Positions 27,013 to 35,711 of a stretch of 53,862 nucleotides of DNA are shown here, piece by piece (positions within the stretch are counted from its first letter, which is position 1; every line of letters starts with the position of its first letter). A program made the position numbers and the translations under genes. The notes below the pieces were generated by a model. That model saw only the letters and a list, made by a program, of their open reading frames with translations. It ran no database searches and had not been told where the DNA came from. The DNA lies in NCBI GenBank assembly GCA_964432055.1, contig CAYSMD010000002.1, positions 1 through 53,862 on the forward strand, written 5' to 3'. Source of the DNA: an uncultured Candidatus Saccharibacteria bacterium. GTDB lineage: Bacteria > Patescibacteriota > Saccharimonadia > CAILAD01 > GCA-016700035.

Positions 27013-27538
27013 GCCCATCCTCATTGTCGGGCTCGGTAATCCCGGCAAACTCTACATTCATAATCGCCACAATGTTGGCTTTCAAGTCATTGATGCGCTT
27101 GCGCACACCATCAGCGCTACCTGGCAAGATAAGCCCGCGTGGTGCGGTGAGGTTGCGCAGGTCGGTTCTGGCGTCTATCTACTCAAGCCGACTACCTTTA
27201 TGAACGACTCAGGACGAGCAGTTCAGTCAGTGATGTCGTATTTTGATATTCCTGCCGAGCACGTGTTTCTCATCTATGACGATCGTGATTTGCCATTTGG
27301 CACAACGCGTTTGACCAAGGGTTTTCGCACTGGCGCCAGGCACAACGGCGTGAAATCAGTTGCTCACCACATTGGCAGAAACTTTCAGCGCTATCGCTTT
27401 GGAGTAGGGAATGAGCTCATGCGCCACCGCGCTATGCATGATTTTGTACTCGATGACTTCAGTGCATTAGAGAAAACTCGCCTGAAACATTATATTGAAG
27501 CAGCTGTTCAGACACTGCGATCTGATCTGCAGCTATAA
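26981..27538 (+). CDS. pth: peptidyl-tRNA hydrolase
   Basis: LIVGLGNPGKLYIHNRHNVGF, MNDSG, HNG. Confidence 0.9.
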   Translation: METASHPPKTRPILIVGLGNPGKLYIHNRHNVGFQVIDALAHTISATWQDKPAWCGEVAQVGSGVYLLKPTTFMNDSGRAVQSVMSYFDIPAEHVFLIYDDRDLPFGTTRLTKGFRTGARHNGVKSVAHHIGRNFQRYRFGVGNELMRHRAMHDFVLDDFSALEKTRLKHYIEAAVQTLRSDLQL

Positions 27539-27725
27539 TCGACTAATAGTGCATCATGCTCATGCTCGCTTTTTGTTCGCTTTTGATCTAGAATTCCTAT
27601 GTATATAAATGAAAAGACCACACCAGTAAAAAACCAATGTGGACTTCTCATATACCCCTTCCATACCACCAAGGAGGATTTTGCGGCCGTCGGTAAATAT
27701 TCTATACAGCCGTGGCTATGAAAGG

Positions 27726-27800
27726 GAGCGATCTGCTAACGCGGATTAACCTAAAGGAGGGTGAGTTTTAGGATATGGCCCCGCAATTAGCAGATCGCTC
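27726..27800. repeat. 75-nt imperfect hairpin closed by a perfect 14-bp inverted repeat
   Basis: GAGCGATCTGCTAA (27726-27739) pairs with TTAGCAGATCGCTC (27787-27800). Interior pairings are GCGG/CCGC and CCTAAA/TTTAGG. The apical loop reads GGAGGGTGAGT. Confidence 0.6.
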
Positions 27801-27941
27801 GCTTCCAGATATAATCAGGAGGGAATCAGGTTGTTTTGGTACGCGAGTATCTTATCACTTATGTTTGTATTTGTCAATACTAATACACAGATGAAATCCA
27901 ACTTTATCAAAATCGGTACACTTTAGGCAAGCACTACTACT

Positions 27942-28805
27942 ATGCAAACTATTACTATAAAGCACAACAGTTATCCAGTCTTACTCAAAGACATTCACAA
28001 GCCACCGTCTGAATTGCAGGTTGCGGGCACACTCGTGACAGATAGGCCTACTGTTGCAATTGTTGGTTCTCGTAAGCCAACGGAATATGGAGAAATGATC
28101 GCGTATCGATTATCTGCCGATCTAGCGCGCGCTGGCTTCATTATTGTAAGTGGGCTCGCATATGGCATTGATGCCATTGTCCATAGAGCAGCCCTAGAGG
28201 CGGGAGGTATCACATGGGCTGTACTCGGTAGTGGGCTCGACAAGCTCTACCCCGCACGCCACGCATCTCTAGCTCGTGAAATCATTCGGGAAGGAGGTGC
28301 GGTCATATCTGAGTACCCCGCGGGTACACCGCCCCTCAAGCATCATTTCCCAGCCCGGAATAGAATTATCGCTGGCATATCACTCGCAACCATCGTACCA
28401 GAAGCCAATGCCAAGTCTGGATCCCTGATTACAGCCCAGCTTGCACTCGAGGAGAATCGGCTGGTCGGCGCCGTGCCTGGACCGATTACGAGCGAGCGGT
28501 CCGTAGGGCCACATGCCCTGCTGAAGCAGGGGGCTCTACTCGTCACTTCCGCAGGTGACATCTGCCAAGCACTTGAATACGATAGCTCGACTACGTTTGT
28601 GCATGGTAAGCAGCTTAACACGACTCAGCTTAGCGCACAGGCCACCCTGATCGTTGAAGCATTAAGTAGTCAGGCTCTTGATACGGAGAGTCTCGCCGAA
28701 ACGACGGGGATTCCGATCTCTGAGCTGCTTGCAACCCTGACATTACTCGAACTCAATAATCACATACGATCGATAGGCGCAAATAGCTGGATGTATGTAG
28801 GCTGA
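27942..28805 (+). CDS. dprA: DNA-processing protein DprA/Smf
   Basis: VAIVGSRKPTEYG and SGLAYGIDAIVHRAAL (Rossmann-like DprA core). Confidence 0.9.
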   Translation: MQTITIKHNSYPVLLKDIHKPPSELQVAGTLVTDRPTVAIVGSRKPTEYGEMIAYRLSADLARAGFIIVSGLAYGIDAIVHRAALEAGGITWAVLGSGLDKLYPARHASLAREIIREGGAVISEYPAGTPPLKHHFPARNRIIAGISLATIVPEANAKSGSLITAQLALEENRLVGAVPGPITSERSVGPHALLKQGALLVTSAGDICQALEYDSSTTFVHGKQLNTTQLSAQATLIVEALSSQALDTESLAETTGIPISELLATLTLLELNNHIRSIGANSWMYVG

Positions 28806-28890
28806 GATTTGACAAGATAGAGAGCACACCCGTACAATCGGCGAGCCCGTCAAATTCTGTGTATCGATTTGCCAGGTAGACAATTTTTTT

Positions 28891-30879
28891 ATGACAAAGA
28901 AAAGCACAAGCAAAACCGTCGTCATCGTTGAAAGTCCTGCTAAGGGCAAGACGATTGAATCATACTTAGGCACCGGCTATAAGGTCGTGGCCAGCCTCGG
29001 GCATGTCCGCGATTTGCCTAAGTCCAAACTTGGGATCGATATTGAACACGATTATGAACCTCAGTACATGGTGCCGCGTGGTAGCGCCGCAAAGATTAAG
29101 ACCCTGAAAAAGGCGGTTGAAAATGCCGACCGTATCCTGCTCGCAACCGACCTTGACCGCGAAGGAGAGGCGATCGCTTGGCACTTAGCACATATTCTAG
29201 AGCCGAAGCCAACACAAGAGATGAAGCGTATCACTTTTGCTGAAATCACAAAATCAGCAATCACCGAGGCTGTGGCACATCCCCGAGAAATCAATCAAAA
29301 CCTCGTTGATGCTCAGCAGGCTCGCCGCGTACTTGACCGCCTGGTTGGTTACTCTCTCTCACCAATCTTATGGAAGAAAGTCCGCTATGGGCTTTCAGCC
29401 GGTCGCGTGCAGTCAGTTGCACTAAAATTCATTACCGATCGCGAGAAAGAGATTCTTGCCTTCAAGTCCGAGGAGTATTGGTCGATTGAAGCCGATCTGA
29501 GCGGGAAAGCCGGGGAACTTACCGCCAAGCTATTCTCAGTAAAAGAAGAAAAGCTCACAATTACCGACGAGAAGACCGCGACAACGTTGGCGGAGCAGCT
29601 AAAGTCGGATAGCTATGTCGTAGCTGAGGTTGAGCAAAAACCTGTCCGCCGCTCGCCTCAAGCCCCATTTACTACCAGTACGCTGCAGCAAGATGCCTAC
29701 CGACGGCTTGGCTTTGGCGCCCGTCGCACGATGCGTGCCGCTCAGAGCCTGTATGAAGCAGGACATATCTCTTACATGCGTACTGACTCAGTCACGCTCT
29801 CTGAACAAGCCCTCACCAGCATCCGTAGCTACATCAAGGATGCACTGGGAGACGCCTATCTACCTGCGCAGCCAAAAATCTACAAAACGAAGTCTCGCGG
29901 GGCACAGGAAGCCCACGAAGCTATCCGTCCAACTGACGCCCAGCATACTCCGGATTCGCTCTCGCTTACCGGCGATGAAGCGAGACTTTATGGTCTTATC
30001 TGGCAAAGGACAGTCGCCAGCCAGATAAATCAGGCGGAGTTTCAGCAAACCAGGATTGATATTCTCGCTGAATCTACGCAGGCGATCTTACGAGCCAGTG
30101 GCCGCACACTGGTTTTTGATGGCTATACTAGGGTCTACCCGATGCGCAATAGCGATGATTCGCCACTACTCCCACCGGTTAAGCCCAGGGAGGAGCTCTC
30201 GCTCAAGGAACTTCGCCCAGAACAGCACTTCACCCAGCCGCCAGCTCGCTATAGTGAGGCTACGCTCGTGAAGAAGCTTGAAGAAGCCGGCATTGGACGG
30301 CCAAGTACATATGCGCCAACTATCGCTACACTCATGTCGCGCGGCTATGTCACGAGCGAGGAGAAGCGCTTGATTCCTCAACCGGTCGGCATGATCGTAT
30401 CAGATCTGCTCGCCGAACACTTTGACTTCGTGACAGATCCAGAATTTACGGCAAAAATGGAAGACCAACTTGACGCCATCGCCGAAGGTGAGACTACCTG
30501 GAAACCCGTTATTCGGAGCTACTACGAACCACTAGCTGAGCTCATTCGCGAGAAGGAAGAAAAGATTCCTCGCAGCCCAGTTCCAGTGATTGAGACCGAT
30601 GAAAAATGTGAACTGTGCGGCAAGATGATGGTTATCAAATCAGGTCGTTTTGGGCAATTTATGGCCTGCTCGGGCTGGCCGGACTGCAAGAATACCAAAC
30701 CGATCCTTAAGAAAACCGGCGTCGAATGCCCACAATGTAAAGAAGGCGAGCTGATAGAGCGTAAGACGAAGAAGGGTCGTCGCTTCTGGGGCTGTAGCCG
30801 TTACCCAGATTGTGACTATGCCACCTGGACAAAGCCAAAGAATCCCAACGAACCAGACTCTTCAGAAGCAGAAGTATAG
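28891..30879 (+). CDS. topA: DNA topoisomerase I with C-terminal zinc ribbons
   Basis: TOPRIM VVIVESPAKGKTI and DLDREGEAI, active-site region SYMRTDS, and C-terminal CELCG...C..PDC / CPQC...C..PDC. Confidence 0.95.
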   Translation: MTKKSTSKTVVIVESPAKGKTIESYLGTGYKVVASLGHVRDLPKSKLGIDIEHDYEPQYMVPRGSAAKIKTLKKAVENADRILLATDLDREGEAIAWHLAHILEPKPTQEMKRITFAEITKSAITEAVAHPREINQNLVDAQQARRVLDRLVGYSLSPILWKKVRYGLSAGRVQSVALKFITDREKEILAFKSEEYWSIEADLSGKAGELTAKLFSVKEEKLTITDEKTATTLAEQLKSDSYVVAEVEQKPVRRSPQAPFTTSTLQQDAYRRLGFGARRTMRAAQSLYEAGHISYMRTDSVTLSEQALTSIRSYIKDALGDAYLPAQPKIYKTKSRGAQEAHEAIRPTDAQHTPDSLSLTGDEARLYGLIWQRTVASQINQAEFQQTRIDILAESTQAILRASGRTLVFDGYTRVYPMRNSDDSPLLPPVKPREELSLKELRPEQHFTQPPARYSEATLVKKLEEAGIGRPSTYAPTIATLMSRGYVTSEEKRLIPQPVGMIVSDLLAEHFDFVTDPEFTAKMEDQLDAIAEGETTWKPVIRSYYEPLAELIREKEEKIPRSPVPVIETDEKCELCGKMMVIKSGRFGQFMACSGWPDCKNTKPILKKTGVECPQCKEGELIERKTKKGRRFWGCSRYPDCDYATWTKPKNPNEPDSSEAEV

Positions 30880-30998
30880 ACCATAAGCTCTTTGACGGTC
30901 TGTCAAAAAAGTCATTCTGTATCCATTGACCTAATAAAATACTGATGATATAATAGTTCTCAACCACAAAGTATAGGTTAAGAGGGTGAGGAGAAACT

Positions 30999-32090
30999 AT
31001 GTCTACAGAAACCGTTACAGATAACCAACTGACAGACGTCCGACCTCTCGTTGAATCACTGATTGACGAGAGTTTAGCTGTACTTAAGAAAGACCGCGAT
31101 CGCGAAGTCGTCATTAAGCGCCATGGCCTCAAGCAGCACCAGCCACATACGCTCGAACAGATTGGCTCTGAGCTCGGTATTACTCGTGAACGCGTTCGTC
31201 AGATTGAGAAAGCCGCGTTTAGCCGCATCCGCGAACAGGCTGAACATGACCACGAACTCCATGGTGCAATTGTCGCGCAGCTCGATACTGCAGGCGGCAT
31301 CTTGCAGCTCGCTCGTCTCCTGGATACACTTTCACTCTCAAGCAACGAAGAGGCGAACGTGACATATCTCGTTCGTGTGATGCCAGACATCGAATTGATC
31401 GAGCATAATGACGAACTCTATCCAGTCGTGACACTTCTCGATCCATACTCAAAAGATGTTGTTATGAGCCTCCATCGTGACTTGCAGTCCGCTGCGAAAA
31501 ATTATGGTAAGCCACTCAAATTTGATAAGCTTGTCGCCGTCGTTGATGGCCCACACTCGCGTGTAGCTCTCGAAGAACTTGCGCAAGCATCGAAGCTCCT
31601 CACACAGCTTGATGGACACTGGGGTCTGGTTGCTTGGCCAGAGGTTAATCCACGCAGTATCCGCGATAAAACCTATCTAGTCCTCAAGAAGGCTGGACGC
31701 CCGATGCACTTCACGGAGATTGCCGACAAGATTGGCAAGCTCGCAGCTAATCCAAAGCAGGTTACTACTCAGGCGGTACATAACGAACTTATTAAAGACC
31801 CACGATTTGTACTGATCGGTCGCGGCATCTATGCACTCGCTGAATGGGGCTACCAAGCTGGTACCGTCTCCGATATTATCGAGCAGATTCTTCGAGAAGA
31901 GAGCCCACTCTCTCGCGAAGAGATCATTAAGCGTGTACTGGCTCGTCGGCAGGTAAAGGTGGCTACAATCGCACTCAATCTCCAAGAGAAGCCTCAGTTT
32001 GAGCGCGTGAGCAAAGGGATGTACCGCTTACAAGACGGGTTTGTGTCTCAGCCGCGTAAGCGACGTGGACGACCACCAAAGAGCGCGTAA
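30999..32090 (+). CDS. DNA-binding protein: N-terminal sigma-70 region-4-like HTH, C-terminal HARE-HTH-like domain, terminal AT-hook
   Basis: TLEQIGSELGITRERVRQIEKAAFSRIR (region 4), MHFTEIADKIGKL...IGRGIYALAEWGY (RpoE-delta/HARE-HTH-like), and RKRRGRPPKS. Strong SD GGGTGAGGAG upstream. Confidence 0.75.
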   Translation: MSTETVTDNQLTDVRPLVESLIDESLAVLKKDRDREVVIKRHGLKQHQPHTLEQIGSELGITRERVRQIEKAAFSRIREQAEHDHELHGAIVAQLDTAGGILQLARLLDTLSLSSNEEANVTYLVRVMPDIELIEHNDELYPVVTLLDPYSKDVVMSLHRDLQSAAKNYGKPLKFDKLVAVVDGPHSRVALEELAQASKLLTQLDGHWGLVAWPEVNPRSIRDKTYLVLKKAGRPMHFTEIADKIGKLAANPKQVTTQAVHNELIKDPRFVLIGRGIYALAEWGYQAGTVSDIIEQILREESPLSREEIIKRVLARRQVKVATIALNLQEKPQFERVSKGMYRLQDGFVSQPRKRRGRPPKSA

Positions 32091-32172
32091 CGTGTATGGC
32101 GAGCTTCTTACAGAACTTATGGGCTCACAGATAAAACAAATCCTTCTCAATAGAGTACAATAGAAGACGAAC

Positions 32173-34890
32173 ATGGAAGCATTATTCTCAGTTATCGGCG
32201 CCATCTTTTCGATTATCGGCATCGCACTTTTTCAATACTGGGGCTGGACGCTTATTGCGGCCTACCTCATCTGGCAGATTTGGCAAAATAAACGTCGAGT
32301 AAGTTTCGTGCAAAACACGGAGCACACCATGATGCAGATCATCGTGCCGAAGAATAACGATAAGAAGGAGCTCTCCGCCGAGCAGCTCTTTGCCAGCCTA
32401 CACGGCATATTACGTACGAAAGGAGAGATAGAGAAAGATGGAGTGCTCCAGGAGCACATCAGCTTTGAAATCGTCTCTGAGAAAAACATCATTAATTTCT
32501 ACGTCTGGGTACCTACACACCTCAAGGACTACGTAGAGAGCCAAATCTATGCCCAGTACCCAACCGTGCAAATCATGACCGAGGTCGAAGATTATGCCAC
32601 CGCCGATATCGGTGAACAATTGTCTGTCATTAGCGAGATCAAGACCACCAAAGAGTCTATCTACCCGATTAAAACCTTCGCAACCTTCGAAGTTGATCCA
32701 CTTGCCGGTATCACCACGGTGCTCGCTCAGCTCAATGCCGATGAGCAGATCTGGGTACAATACCTGATGCGACCAGTCGATGACTCGTGGCATTCAAAAT
32801 CGCTGTCATATGTAGCTGAAAGCAAGGGCGGTAAACGCCCAAGTATGTTTGATAACTGGCAGGAGCGCCTCTTCCTGCTGCCACTCGAACTCATCTTGCG
32901 ATTCTTCCAGGCACTCGTTGCGCCACCGATTCGTGAAGAGAAGAAGGAAGAAAAGAAAGAACCATCGCCGGGTCAAACCACGGTGAACTCCGCAGTCGAA
33001 GCAAAAGCTGAGAAAATCGGCTATGAAGTAAAAATCCGCGTGGCCTACATTGGCGATACGGCAGATCTTGCCAAGCAGCGCCTGCAGGCCCTCTATGGTG
33101 GCTTTAAGCAATTTAATACCATCAACCTCAACGGCTTGATTGGCGGTGGCTATGACACCTCCTCAGACGCACTCCAAGAATACCGAGCGCGCTACTTTGA
33201 AGGAGCTGGCTTCATCCTGAACGTTGAAGAACTGGCTAGCCTCTATCACTTACCGCACACCAGCGTTGAAACCCCAAATATTGCCTGGACAACCACCAAA
33301 GTAGGGGAGCCGCCCACAAACCTCCCCACACTCGTTAATACGCCGCAGGAAGAACTATCGCTCATTGGTACGACGACATTTCGCAATACCCATGTCAAGT
33401 TCGGCATGAAGCGAACCGATCGAGAACGACATCTCTATATTATTGGTAAGTCTGGCTCAGGTAAGTCGTACGCCCTGCTTTTGCTCGCCCTCTCAGATAT
33501 CTATCATAATCAAGGTTTCGCCATCGTGGACCCACACGGCGACTTTGCTCAGGATTCACTCCGATATATCCCAGAGCACCGACTCAAAGATGTCGTCTAT
33601 TTCAACCCATCAGATTTTGATAATCCTATTTCGTTCAATCCGATGGAAAATGATGACCCGAACATGCGCGCCTCGATTGCCTCAGAGATTATCGGCGTTC
33701 TCAAAAAAATGTTTGCCGACTCATGGGGACCACGACTTGAGCACATTTTGCGCTATACGCTGCTAGCTCTCATCGAAACTCCAGAATCTAACCTGATGGG
33801 AATCACACGCATGCTCACGGATAAAGCCTTCCGTAAGTCAATCGTCGATCAAATTTCTGACGTGACAGTTAAGTCATTCTGGGTGAATGAATTTGCAGCC
33901 TGGAACGACAAGTTTGCCACTGAAGCAGTTGCGCCGATCCTCAACAAGGTTGGGGCTTTTACCGCAAACCCACTTATTCGTAATGTTATCGGGCAGGAAC
34001 GGTCGAGCTTCGACATTCGTCAACTGATGGACGAAGGCAAGATTCTTATCTGCGATCTGTCGCGCGGCCGGCTCGGTGAAGACAATGCCGCAACCTTAGG
34101 TGCACTTTTGATTACCAAGATTCAGCTTGCCGCCATGAGCCGGGCGAATATCCCCCTCAATGAACGACGACCATTCTACCTCTACGTCGACGAATTCCAA
34201 AACTTTGCTACTGATTCATTTGCCGTCATCCTCTCCGAAGCACGTAAGTATGGGCTCTACCTCACGGTTGCCAACCAGTACGTTGCTCAGATGGCACCAG
34301 AGGTACGCGACGCCGTCTTTGGTAACGTCGGATCAATGATTACCTTCCGTGTTGGAGCCGACGACGCCACCGCTCTGCAGCGGTATTTTGAGCCAATCTT
34401 CGAATCTGGTGACCTGCAGAACCTCTCGAAGCAGCATATCTATGTGACAATGTCGATTGATGGTGAGACGAGTATTCCATTCTCAGGAAAAACTCTCCGC
34501 GTGCCAGATCCAGAAAATGACATATCTCAGCGCATTATCGAGCACTCACGTAGCCTCTATAACGTCCAGAGAGGGACCGTGGAAGCTCGTATCGCTTCAT
34601 GGAGTGGGCTGGGTGAAAAAACCGAAACCCCCGCGCAGGGAGCAGGGGAGAGTAATGCTGATAGAGTAGCCCGAATCCCTCAGCCGGCACATCTTGAGAC
34701 CCGAGCAACGCCGGCAGTTTCGGGAGCTCAACCAAAGAATTATTCTGAACTCATGAAGCAATCCGGGCAGCAACGACAGGCATCGAATTCCGATCGACCC
34801 GACCGAAGCCAACAAGCTGGTAGCTCGAACTCATCACGCAATCGCAACCGCAATCGAAAGCGTCGCCCTAACCCATCAAGCAATAGCTAG
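32173..34890 (+). CDS. membrane-anchored FtsK-HerA-superfamily ATPase resembling type IV coupling proteins (TraD/VirD4/DUF87-like)
   Basis: N-terminal TM helix, about 400 aa of unassigned sequence, Walker A IIGKSGSGKS (about 33445), Walker B FYLYVDEFQNF (about 34174), SEARKYGLYLTVANQ, and a basic low-complexity tail. Confidence 0.8.
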   Translation: MEALFSVIGAIFSIIGIALFQYWGWTLIAAYLIWQIWQNKRRVSFVQNTEHTMMQIIVPKNNDKKELSAEQLFASLHGILRTKGEIEKDGVLQEHISFEIVSEKNIINFYVWVPTHLKDYVESQIYAQYPTVQIMTEVEDYATADIGEQLSVISEIKTTKESIYPIKTFATFEVDPLAGITTVLAQLNADEQIWVQYLMRPVDDSWHSKSLSYVAESKGGKRPSMFDNWQERLFLLPLELILRFFQALVAPPIREEKKEEKKEPSPGQTTVNSAVEAKAEKIGYEVKIRVAYIGDTADLAKQRLQALYGGFKQFNTINLNGLIGGGYDTSSDALQEYRARYFEGAGFILNVEELASLYHLPHTSVETPNIAWTTTKVGEPPTNLPTLVNTPQEELSLIGTTTFRNTHVKFGMKRTDRERHLYIIGKSGSGKSYALLLLALSDIYHNQGFAIVDPHGDFAQDSLRYIPEHRLKDVVYFNPSDFDNPISFNPMENDDPNMRASIASEIIGVLKKMFADSWGPRLEHILRYTLLALIETPESNLMGITRMLTDKAFRKSIVDQISDVTVKSFWVNEFAAWNDKFATEAVAPILNKVGAFTANPLIRNVIGQERSSFDIRQLMDEGKILICDLSRGRLGEDNAATLGALLITKIQLAAMSRANIPLNERRPFYLYVDEFQNFATDSFAVILSEARKYGLYLTVANQYVAQMAPEVRDAVFGNVGSMITFRVGADDATALQRYFEPIFESGDLQNLSKQHIYVTMSIDGETSIPFSGKTLRVPDPENDISQRIIEHSRSLYNVQRGTVEARIASWSGLGEKTETPAQGAGESNADRVARIPQPAHLETRATPAVSGAQPKNYSELMKQSGQQRQASNSDRPDRSQQAGSSNSSRNRNRNRKRRPNPSSNS

Positions 34891-35711
34891 CATGGCAATA
34901 AGGCTATACATCATGCATTCTTGGAGAGCTGCATGATAATATAGATAATGTCGCACAATTTTTAGCCCGCACTACATTCATATTTCGTCATCTAAGTATC
35001 CATCTAATACCCTAGCCATACGTAGCAGGTCACTTCCAGAGGAATAGGGCCATGCTCATTAAACTGGTTAGGCTTAGCTGAGGCCTTAGGCATCTAGGCC
35101 TTATGGGAACATAAATAGTTCATAATATATTGTTTTAGCATAGAAATGTTAATACATACAGAATTCGTGACGATAATTAGCAGATAATCCTAACCGCCAC
35201 GCGCATGCACCGGCAGTATAGAAATATTTGAGTCAAATGTATGAGATAGAGTTATAGTACGCATCAACTCTTCATGGAATATTGTATGTCGCACAATGTA
35301 TATTTTGCGACGTGATCCCAGAATTGATTTATTCGTACTCAATAGCTCAGCTAGAGTTAAGCTTCACATTCATCTGGTAAAAATGGACCGCTTGAGCTTT
35401 GTTTAGCGCTTACCACCCTGTCTTTCTCCTTATTCGATACACTAGTATCAACTAAAGAATATCTGGCACAGCTACAAGTTAGCTAACATCTAGGCCGCAA
35501 ATATTTGTGACAAGTAAATGTTGCAAATCTTGAATTCTGCATAAATTCATAACATGTGATGGCAACTCAGCATCATGCCCTGTGTCCACCCCATAGACGA
35601 CTGTATCCGAAGCTGCATCGTAGGCTAGCTTGTTAAGACACGAATCCCCTACGGGCCTGCGTATGTGAAACAAAACCGTTTCACAGGAATGTTGCGAAAT
35701 ATTGACAATTT

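Noticed and set aside
27539-27941. Tested by eye for tmRNA, RNase P RNA (GAGGAAAGUCC-type P4), SRP RNA (GGAAGCAGCC-type helix 8) and tRNA-like ends. The gaps 34891-35711 and 43156-43681 were tested the same way.
   Set aside because: None of the hallmark strings or their reverse complements were found, so no named ncRNA is called. A covariance-model scan is still needed.
35343-35356. TAGCTCAGCTAGAG, resembling a tRNA D-arm, considered as a tRNA or att-site remnant
   Set aside because: I could not fold an anticodon arm, T-arm or acceptor pairing around it. The 14-nt similarity is too short to support a tRNA pseudogene.
35479-35673. 64-aa minus-strand ORF with VYGVDTGHD, considered as an FtsA/actin-fold phosphate-1 remnant
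   Set aside because: Only a D-x-G tripeptide matches. There is no further similarity to FtsA, and the reading is too weak.
35664-35685. TGTGAAAC-aaaacc-GTTTCACA inverted repeat just downstream of ftsQ, considered as a CRP site or terminator
   Set aside because: The half-site spacing is N12, not N6, so it is not a CRP-type box. As a minus-strand terminator it lacks a following U-run. Kept only as a weak hairpin.
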